Below the pieces are notes generated by a model that did no database searches, was not told the DNA's origin, and saw nothing but the letters and a program-made list of their open reading frames with translations. From Archangium sp. (GTDB lineage: Bacteria; Myxococcota; Myxococcia; Myxococcales; Myxococcaceae), in assembly GCA_031367385.1 (NCBI GenBank), contig JANLPS010000481.1, forward strand, positions 1 to 17,524: a stretch of 17,524 nucleotides of DNA, read 5' to 3'. Positions within the stretch are counted from its first letter, which is position 1. Every line of letters begins with the position of its first letter. Made by a program: the position numbers and the translations under genes. Shown piece after piece: positions 8,049-15,200 of the stretch.

Positions 8049-8333
8049 TCAGGCCTTCGATTTAGACGACAGCGTCACGGTCTTGAAGCGGGTCGCAAAG
8101 ACATTCAGGTTCAGCGCTTCAGCAGTGGCGCGCTCATTGTCGGGGTCGAGCAGGAGCACCGTCTTGGTGCCTCCCACTTCTCGGCAGAGCACCGCCAGCG
8201 GGCGACCCGTTTCAGGCTCGGTCACCATCGCTTTGCCGGCGATTCGCATCTTCGAGAACACGTCTTCGATCGTCTCGAGCGACACGTTCAGCACGACCGC
8301 CGGGCCCGGCGACTCATTCTTCGGATTGAGCAT
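8049..8333 (-). CDS. Hypothetical protein, 94 aa
   Basis: Fills the gap between the esterase and pssA, has GC-rich third positions, and TGGTACACT (extended -10-like) lies 7 nt upstream of the ATG. No recognisable motif. Confidence 0.7.
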   Translation of the reverse strand: MLNPKNESPGPAVVLNVSLETIEDVFSKMRIAGKAMVTEPETGRPLAVLCREVGGTKTVLLLDPDNERATAEALNLNVFATRFKTVTLSSKSKA

Positions 8334-8392
8334 GACCCTCAGTGTACCAGACCTTCAGCCGCGAGCCCTCGAGGGGGGTGCGGCCCCACCCG

Positions 8393-9019
8393 TCACCACT
8401 TGGGGATGCGCAGGGTCTTGCTGATCATCGCCGTGCCGCTGGCCACGTAAAGAAGCACCAGCGGGTGCAGGCTCAGGGGGCCCAGATGCACTTCTCCGAA
8501 GAGCAACGCTTCGTGAATGCGATTTTGCCAGGTCAGCACCGCGATGGCCGCGACCAACAACAACGATGTGGGTATGGGTGTGCCTTCGAAGTAGCGCACC
8601 TTGCCCGACTCGTCTGAGAGCTCGGCCGAAGTGACGTTGAAGCGGGCCAGCCGAGAGATGCCGCAGGCCACGAAATACAACAAAACCGCCACATCGAGGC
8701 TGCCGCGCATGCCGATCGCGAACGCCAACGCCGCCGGTGCCACCCCGAACGAGATCACGTCGGCCAGCGAGTCGAGGTCGGCGCCGAGCACCGATGACTT
8801 GTGCCGCCACCGCGCAACCCGGCCGTCGGCGGCATCGAGAACCAGTGCGACCGGCAACAAGATCAACGCGGCCCAGAGGTACCCGCGCTCACCGACCGCG
8901 AGGTACTGCATCAACGCCAGTATCGCTCCAGTGCCGGCGAACCCATTGCCGATGGTGATGAAGTCGGCCAACACGAAGCTTCGAATCAGTGACAAGCGCT
9001 TGATTTGCGGGTCGGCCAT
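8393..9019 (-). CDS. pssA: CDP-diacylglycerol--serine O-phosphatidyltransferase (CDP-alcohol phosphatidyltransferase family)
   Basis: Signature DAADGRVAR...GADLDSLAD, SFGVAPA, RLARFN, YFEGTPIP and multiple TM helices. Start placed at ATG 9019. Confidence 0.88.
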   Translation of the reverse strand: MADPQIKRLSLIRSFVLADFITIGNGFAGTGAILALMQYLAVGERGYLWAALILLPVALVLDAADGRVARWRHKSSVLGADLDSLADVISFGVAPAALAFAIGMRGSLDVAVLLYFVACGISRLARFNVTSAELSDESGKVRYFEGTPIPTSLLLVAAIAVLTWQNRIHEALLFGEVHLGPLSLHPLVLLYVASGTAMISKTLRIPKW

Positions 9020-9062
9020 GAGACGGGTAACTGCCAACTCGGTGCCGTTACTCCCTCAAGAC

Positions 9063-9398
9063 TCACGGAGTCACGGCGCCGCTGGCCTCGTTCGAATCGT
9101 CGCTTTGAACCGACTCGGCGTTCACCGACTTGGCCACGTAGAAGTACGTGACCCCCTTCGCAGCCTCGGCGTCGGTGTACGTCGTGGCCGACAACCCTGA
9201 GATCAGCAGCGTGTACGGGCCGCCGGTCTGCGTGGCTCGGTACACAGAATAGGTCACATTGCTCGTCGTGCTCGCGTCCCACTCCAGAACGAGCTTCGCG
9301 ACGCCGGCGTCGGTGCCCGCGTCGAGGCCTGAGGGTGCGCCCACGCAGCCGCACAGTGCCATCGCCCATACCGCAGTCGCTACCAGGCCAAGCCGCAT
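9063..9398 (-). CDS. Small lipoprotein with a single fibronectin type III-like domain
   Basis: MRLGLVATAVWAMALCGC signal/lipobox, DAGTDAG linker, and an FN3 pattern LEWDAS...YSVYR...YTD...TYFYVAKSVN...S..SNE. Confidence 0.85.
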   Translation of the reverse strand: MRLGLVATAVWAMALCGCVGAPSGLDAGTDAGVAKLVLEWDASTTSNVTYSVYRATQTGGPYTLLISGLSATTYTDAEAAKGVTYFYVAKSVNAESVQSDDSNEASGAVTP

Positions 9399-9501
9399 CG
9401 TGCCGATACGGTAAATCATCTCGCTCCGCGCCGCGCGGTCTTCAGTAGAGCCAGGTGCCATCGCCCAACAGGTTCGCGTTCTCGAATCACGAGCCCTTCG
9501 G

Positions 9502-12072
9502 TTAGCGGCGATAGCGGCAGATGGGAGCCGAGTTCGCCGCGGCCAGGCAAATGTCGATCAACCCGTCGCCATCGAAGTCACCCGTCGCGAGCCCCGTCGA
9601 GAAGTACCCGTAGCCGTAGCTCGGGCCGGTGGTGAAGCTGCCCGCCCCGTCACCGAAGAACATGCTGATGCCGCTGTTGCCCAACAGGAGGTCGGTCTTG
9701 CCGTCGCCGTTGAGGTCGCGCGCGAGCAAGTGCTTCACCAGCCCGCTCGCTTGAATGTTGACCGCCGGTTGAAAGGTGCCGTCACCGTTGCCCTCGAAGA
9801 CGCCGACCTTGCCGCCGTTGTCACCGCTGATCAGATCGATCTTGCCGTCGCCCGTGTAGTCGTAGGCCAGCAGCGCGTTCGGCTCGTTGGCGGTGATGAG
9901 CTGGCTCGAGCTGAGCTGAAAGACCATGCCGCCCTGGTTGAGCGCGATCCACACCTGGTTGGGGGTGCAGCCGATGGCGAGGTCAGGCTTGCCGTCGGTG
10001 TCGAAGTTGCCCGCGGCAATCGCCTGGCACGAGATCGTCGAAGGAATTCGGCCGGTGATGGTGACCTGTGCAGCCGCCGACATGCCGAGCGTGCCGCCCT
10101 TCATCACGTTGAAACCGCCGGGTTTCACGCCTGCCCCGCCCCACGAGGTCGCTACGTCTAACTTGCCGTCAGCGTCGAGGTCGAGCATCACGTACGAGGT
10201 CACATTGGTGCCAGGCGCCGCTGGCGATGACGACGTCGGCGCCAAGAAGCTCGTCGCCGTGCCCTTGAAGAAGAGCGCCTCTCCGCCGGAGTTGTTGGTC
10301 GAGATCACCACCGCGTCGAGGTACCCGTCGTTACCGACGTCGGCCAGCGCCACCAGCGGGTTGCTGTAGGTGAACGGCATCGCCACCGTCGACGGCGCGA
10401 GGAAGCCCGCGTCTCGCTGCCCCAAGAATCGGTACACGTAGCTGTTGTCGGCTGTGACGAGGTCGGTCACTCCGTCACCATTGAGGTCTCCCGCACCCAA
10501 GCCCCACATGGCGCCGGTCGGCAGGGTCAGTGAGTCGCTGAAGCCCGACACGCACTTGAGCCCGCGAGAGCAGAACCCAGACAGACAGTCGGTCGGCGTG
10601 CCGCAGCTCTTGCCCAAGCCACACGCGGTGCATTTGGTGCCGCCACAGTCGGTGTCGACCTCGTCTTGGTTCAGGTAGCCGTCGCTGCAGGTCGGCGTGA
10701 AGTCGGGGCACAGGCCGTCGAGCCCGCATTTGCCGAGGGCGCAGTCGTTGTCGATGATGCACCGCTTGCCGGTGGCGCAGCGAACCGAGCACAGCCGACC
10801 GCAGTCGAGGTCAGACTCAGAGCCATTCTTCTGCCCATCGCTGCAGGTCGGAGCCGCACACTTCTGGGCCACGCACACCTTATCAATGCAGTCAGCGCCG
10901 ATCGCGCAGCCCCCGTCGACGGCGCACTTGGCGGTGCAGCTGCCTCCACAGTCGATGTCGGTCTCGTCGCCGTCTTTCTGAGAATCGGTGCACGACGAGC
11001 CGGTGCACACCGTGTTGACGCAGCGCTTCGAGGTGCAGTCAGACGCCATCGCGCAGTGCTGATCATTCGGGCACTTCGCGGTGCAGTTGCCGCCGCAGTC
11101 GACGTCGGTCTCGAGCGGGTCTTTGGTGCCGTTGCCGCACAGGTCGGCGCACAACCCCGTCGCGGGAATGCAGCGGCCCGTCTGACAATCGGCGTGTGCG
11201 CTGCAGCCGTCTCCGGCCGCGCACTTGTTGGGGCATGCGCCTCCGCAGTCGACGGCGGTCTCGCTGCCGTTCTTCTGGCCATCGGTGCACGAGGGCGTGG
11301 TGCAGTGCCCTGAGCCGCACGCGCCCGAGGCGCAGTCGCCTCCGACTGTGCACGTGCCGTTGGTCGCGCACTTGGTCGGGCAGGCCCCGCCGCAGTCGAT
11401 GTCGGTCTCGGTGCCGTTCTTCTTGCCGTCTGAGCACGAAGCCGCGACTCCACCGGGCGCGCACTTGCCGCTGCTGCACCGGCCACTGCTGCAGTCATTG
11501 CCGCCCTGGCACGTCGAGCCTTCGGCGCACTTGGTCAGACAGGCACCTCCGCAATCGACATCGCTCTCGGTGCCGTCTTTTTGCGCGTTGGCGCAGGTCG
11601 AGGCGTCGACGCACATGCCGAGCCGGCAGTTCGAGCCAGTCGGGCATCGCACGCCGAAGCAGGAGCCGTCGGTGCACGCGCCGTTGATGCAGGCAAAGCC
11701 GGTCTGGCAATTGGTGGTCTCGCAAGTCGAGGTCACGCAGGTGCCTTGAAAGCACGCAGAGCCGCTGGGGCAGGTCACGCCGACACAGGCTTTTTCGACG
11801 CACGCGCCAGCGGGGCAGACCTGGCTGGCTGAGCAATCGGCCGAGGGGCAGTCTTGCGGGTAGCAGGCAGAGGCGGCACACGCCTGGGCGCTCTGGCAGG
11901 TGGTGCCGCACGCGCCGCAGTTGGCCGAGTCATCGACCAGCCGCACGCATTGATTGGTGCAGACCGAGGTGCCTCCGTCGCAGTGAGCGATCGACGAAGG
12001 GGGCGTGCTGGTGCAGGCCAGGGGCATCGAAACGACGACGAGCAGCGCGAGACCTGCGGAGCGGACGGACAT
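9502..12072 (-). CDS. Secreted Cys-rich repeat lipoprotein with C-terminal FG-GAP/VCBS beta-propeller
   Basis: Start ATG 12072 (MSVRSAGLALLVVVSMPLAC). Stig1-like CVRLVDDSANCGACG, seven E(T/S)DxDCGG-type repeats, and seven FG-GAP-type loops (GDLNGDG, ADVGNDG, LDLDADG, GNFDTDG, YDYTGDG, RDLNGDG, GDFDGDG). Confidence 0.92.
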   Translation of the reverse strand: MSVRSAGLALLVVVSMPLACTSTPPSSIAHCDGGTSVCTNQCVRLVDDSANCGACGTTCQSAQACAASACYPQDCPSADCSASQVCPAGACVEKACVGVTCPSGSACFQGTCVTSTCETTNCQTGFACINGACTDGSCFGVRCPTGSNCRLGMCVDASTCANAQKDGTESDVDCGGACLTKCAEGSTCQGGNDCSSGRCSSGKCAPGGVAASCSDGKKNGTETDIDCGGACPTKCATNGTCTVGGDCASGACGSGHCTTPSCTDGQKNGSETAVDCGGACPNKCAAGDGCSAHADCQTGRCIPATGLCADLCGNGTKDPLETDVDCGGNCTAKCPNDQHCAMASDCTSKRCVNTVCTGSSCTDSQKDGDETDIDCGGSCTAKCAVDGGCAIGADCIDKVCVAQKCAAPTCSDGQKNGSESDLDCGRLCSVRCATGKRCIIDNDCALGKCGLDGLCPDFTPTCSDGYLNQDEVDTDCGGTKCTACGLGKSCGTPTDCLSGFCSRGLKCVSGFSDSLTLPTGAMWGLGAGDLNGDGVTDLVTADNSYVYRFLGQRDAGFLAPSTVAMPFTYSNPLVALADVGNDGYLDAVVISTNNSGGEALFFKGTATSFLAPTSSSPAAPGTNVTSYVMLDLDADGKLDVATSWGGAGVKPGGFNVMKGGTLGMSAAAQVTITGRIPSTISCQAIAAGNFDTDGKPDLAIGCTPNQVWIALNQGGMVFQLSSSQLITANEPNALLAYDYTGDGKIDLISGDNGGKVGVFEGNGDGTFQPAVNIQASGLVKHLLARDLNGDGKTDLLLGNSGISMFFGDGAGSFTTGPSYGYGYFSTGLATGDFDGDGLIDICLAAANSAPICRYRR
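10600..11595 (-). repeat. Seven ~49-aa Cys-rich coding repeats (C.DG.K.G.ETD.DCGG.C..KC)
   Basis: ESDVDCGG, ETDIDCGG, ETAVDCGG, ETDVDCGG, ETDIDCGG, ESDLDCGR and EVDTDCGG at regular spacing. Boundaries are approximate. Confidence 0.9.
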
Positions 12073-12194
12073 GGCCGCGCACATTAGCGGCTGGAGTGGT
12101 GATCTCGGTGCCCTTCTGCGCGAGGAACCCACTGAAGGGAAAGGTGCGCAAAGGTCGCACGCGGCCCACCCATTTCTATAGACAGAGCGAGCGC

Positions 12195-13259
12195 ATGTCT
12201 TTGATCATGCGTGCCTCTTTGCTCAAAACGCACTCACCGCTCGCGGTCTTGCTGCTCGTCGCGGTCGCGGCGAACGCGCAGCCCATCGCGCTCAATGAAG
12301 CCCAGAAGCACTTGATGTCTGCCTCGAAGCTGTACGAGCGGCTCGAGTATGAGAAGGCGCTCGAAGAGGTGAAGAAGGCGAAGGCCTTCGCGAGCGGGTC
12401 GGCCGACGATGCGGCGATCGGCAGGTCAGAGGGCGTGATCTTGTTCGACCTGGGGCGCCGGCCTGAAGCGCTCGTCTCGTTCAAGCAGGCGTTGCTGCTC
12501 GAGCCTGAGGCGCATCTGGCGGTGCGGGTGTCTCCGAAGATCAGCGAAGCGTACGAAGCGACGCGGGTGCAGGCGAAGAGCGAGCTTGCGGCGCTCGAGG
12601 CGCAGAAGCGGGCGGCTGAGGAGGTCGCGAAGGCGCGGGCTGATGCGGCGACGGCCGAGGCGGCGCGGCTCGCGGCTGAGCAACGAGAGGCGAAGTCGAA
12701 GGCCGAGGCTGATGAGACGAGGCGTCGCGCAGAAGAAGCGAAGACCCAGCAGCTCTCTGACCTGAAGGCGCGAGAGGCCGATGCGGCTGCCGCGGCGGCA
12801 AAGCTGGCCGACGCGCAGCTCAAGCTCAAAGAGCAGACACGCGTGGCGCAGGAGCTTCGGCAGGCGCAGGCCCAGGCCGAGGCTGAGCACAAGGCTGCGC
12901 TTCAAGACCGACCCGTCGAGACGAAGCTGGTGCCTCGAGAGGTGATTACGCCTCCTCCGTTGGTGGTGGCGCGAGGGTTCTCGCCGGTGCCAATCGTGTT
13001 CGGCTCGGTGGCGGCGGCGGCTGGTGCGGTCGCGGTGACCTTCGGCGTGCTCGCGGGCCAGCAGCTGACCAGCGCGAGAGCGGCGACGTTTCAGAGCGAC
13101 ACGGTGGCCGAGCTGAACCGGGGCCACACGTATGCGCTGGTGACGAACATTGCGTTGGGAGTGGTGGGCACCGCGGCGATCGCGACCATCATCGCGTTGG
13201 TCGCCGACAGACCCCCGCCACCGCCGCCAGCGCCCGTGACGACGGAGACCTCACCGTGA
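12195..13259 (+). CDS. Exported TPR protein with Ala/Glu/Lys coiled coil and two C-terminal hydrophobic segments
   Basis: Signal peptide ...PLAVLLLVAVAANA-QP. TPR-like LYERLEYEKALEEVKKA and GVILFDLGRRPEALVSFKQALLLEP, then a long coiled coil and a Gly/Ala-rich hydrophobic pair. The start could be ATG 12195 or 12207. Confidence 0.85.
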   Translation: MSLIMRASLLKTHSPLAVLLLVAVAANAQPIALNEAQKHLMSASKLYERLEYEKALEEVKKAKAFASGSADDAAIGRSEGVILFDLGRRPEALVSFKQALLLEPEAHLAVRVSPKISEAYEATRVQAKSELAALEAQKRAAEEVAKARADAATAEAARLAAEQREAKSKAEADETRRRAEEAKTQQLSDLKAREADAAAAAAKLADAQLKLKEQTRVAQELRQAQAQAEAEHKAALQDRPVETKLVPREVITPPPLVVARGFSPVPIVFGSVAAAAGAVAVTFGVLAGQQLTSARAATFQSDTVAELNRGHTYALVTNIALGVVGTAAIATIIALVADRPPPPPPAPVTTETSP

Positions 13260-15160
13260 CCACACCTCCGGTGGTCCCCGGCGAGCTCGAAGCCCCGTTC
13301 GTCCTTAGGAGCGAAGTCGAAGGGCCCCAGTTGAACCAAGCCGTCCCCCACGCACCCCAGTCATCCTTCGAGTCCCTCAGGATGAACGGGGTTCTCGCCG
13401 CGTGCCTGATGGTCCTCTCGACCTGCGTTCTGCCCACGCTCACCGATCTCGAAAAAGAGCGCACCCGCGCCTGTGACGCCGATCACGCGTGCCTCGGAGG
13501 TTACCGCTGCGTCGCACAACTCTGCGTCACCGGCTCAGCCACCGACGCCGGCCAGTGCACCTCGGGCGACACGCGCACCTGTGGCTCGACCGTCGGCACC
13601 TGCCGCGCCGGCACCCAGACCTGCAACACCTCGGGCACCTTCGACAGCTGCGTCGCCGCCATCGGCCCCGCCACCGAGGTCTGCGACGGCCAAGACAACG
13701 ACTGCGACGGCACCATCGACAACAAGATCGCCTCCACCGGCCTCTGCGAAAAAACCATCGGCGTCTGCGCCGGCAAATCGCGCGCCTGCGTCACTGGCCA
13801 CGTCGAGACGACCTGCACCGCGGCCTCTTACGGCGCCGACTTCGAGCTCGCCGAGACCCTCTGCGACGGCAAAGACAATGACTGTGACGGCCAGGTCGAC
13901 GAAGCCCTCCCCGCCCTGCCCTGCGCGCTCAACGCCGGCGTCTGCCTCGGAGCCAGCCGCGTCTGCAGCGGTGGCAGCTACCCGGTCTGCAGCCAGGCGG
14001 TCTACCAAGCGCACTCCGCGTTCTACGAGCCCGTCGAACAAAGCTGCGACGGCAAAGACAACGACTGCGACGGCCTGGTCGACGAGTTTGCCGTGCGCCT
14101 CGTCTCAGACGGAGGCGCCGCCACCTACCGCCGCCTCGCCCTGGTGCGCCAACCGCCGGGCAGCGGCAACCTGCTCGAGCTCTACGAGAGCGACAACCGC
14201 ATCGTAGCTCGCCTCGAAAACGCCGACGGTGGAGTCACCGGCCCTCGCTTCCCCTCCACCTCGGTCGCCACCGCCGTCACCCGCGCCGCCTTCCCCGCGT
14301 TGGCTGCGAACGGCAGCCTGGTCTACGAGAGCTGGTTCGAAGAGCTCAACGGCCCCATCTACCGCCTGGTCGTCGCCAACGCGGGCCCCACTGGCGAAGC
14401 CCTCATCGGCGGCGTGCCCGCCATCTACCCGCTCGCGACTCAACCCGGCGGCGGCCAAGCCCTCGCCCTCGGAGTCGGTGCGCGGCTGATCATCGCCTAC
14501 GCCCACTTCGACAGCCCCACGGCCGGCAGCAGCACCTTGAAGGTCGCCTCGTGCCCCTTGGCGCTCGACAACACCTGCACCTTTCAAACGATCGGCGCTG
14601 GGCAGAACCCCTCGCTCTTCGTCTCGAACGACATCGCGGTCATCGCCTACGAGACCTCGACCGGCCTGCACCTGGCCCGGCTCTCGGTGCCCGCGAACGG
14701 GTCGATCACCATCGGCAGCAACGTCACCTTCGGCGTCGGCGGAGACCATGACCCGCTGCTCGCCGGCACCCTCGCGAACCTCTCGCTCTACACGGTCTCG
14801 GCGACCTCGCCCGAATCGCTCACCCTGCGCCGGGGCGACTGCACCGGCACCTGCGCGCTCAGCGGCTTCTCACTCACCTCGAACCTGATCACCTTCGACG
14901 GCACCCCTTCGGCGTTCTCGGTCGACGACAAAGTCGGCCCGGCCCTGATGGCGTGGGAAGAAGGCGCCTCGGGCGCACGCAAGGTGATGGTGATGAAGCT
15001 CACTGCGCTCGCCCCGGTGAACGTCTCCGGCACCCTCATCGGGCACCGCCCAATCCCCGTACCCAGGCCGGGCGGCACGTCGGTCGTCTACTTCGACACC
15101 GAGGGTGCGACCGGTGGCATTGCGAACAACGTCGTCTCGCGGCGATTGTGCGGCCCGTAA
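13256..15160 (+). CDS. Cys-rich secreted/lipoprotein with three E.CDG.DNDCDG repeats (MopE-related putative metal-binding motif)
   Basis: EVCDGQDNDCDG, ETLCDGKDNDCDG and EQSCDGKDNDCDG; hydrophobic VLAACLMVLSTC; beta-rich C-terminal half. The start is ambiguous: GTG 13256 (GTGA overlap with the upstream stop) or ATG 13382. Confidence 0.85.
   Translation: MTTPPVVPGELEAPFVLRSEVEGPQLNQAVPHAPQSSFESLRMNGVLAACLMVLSTCVLPTLTDLEKERTRACDADHACLGGYRCVAQLCVTGSATDAGQCTSGDTRTCGSTVGTCRAGTQTCNTSGTFDSCVAAIGPATEVCDGQDNDCDGTIDNKIASTGLCEKTIGVCAGKSRACVTGHVETTCTAASYGADFELAETLCDGKDNDCDGQVDEALPALPCALNAGVCLGASRVCSGGSYPVCSQAVYQAHSAFYEPVEQSCDGKDNDCDGLVDEFAVRLVSDGGAATYRRLALVRQPPGSGNLLELYESDNRIVARLENADGGVTGPRFPSTSVATAVTRAAFPALAANGSLVYESWFEELNGPIYRLVVANAGPTGEALIGGVPAIYPLATQPGGGQALALGVGARLIIAYAHFDSPTAGSSTLKVASCPLALDNTCTFQTIGAGQNPSLFVSNDIAVIAYETSTGLHLARLSVPANGSITIGSNVTFGVGGDHDPLLAGTLANLSLYTVSATSPESLTLRRGDCTGTCALSGFSLTSNLITFDGTPSAFSVDDKVGPALMAWEEGASGARKVMVMKLTALAPVNVSGTLIGHRPIPVPRPGGTSVVYFDTEGATGGIANNVVSRRLCGP
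13293..13391. repeat. REP/MITE-like imperfect palindromic element
   Basis: Left arm CCCCGTTCGTCCTTAGGAGCGAAGTCGAAGG; right arm CCTTCGAGTCCCTCAGGATGAACGGGG (reverse complement CCCCGTTCATCCTGAGGGACTCGAAGG). 99 bp end to end. From recall, it resembles the widespread GTTCGTCCTGAGC..GTCGAAGG / TTCGAC..GCTCAGGACGAAC repeat type. Confidence 0.7.
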
Positions 15161-15200
15161 TTTTCGGCTTCAAGTTGAAGCCTGGTAGCTTGCCCCCCTG

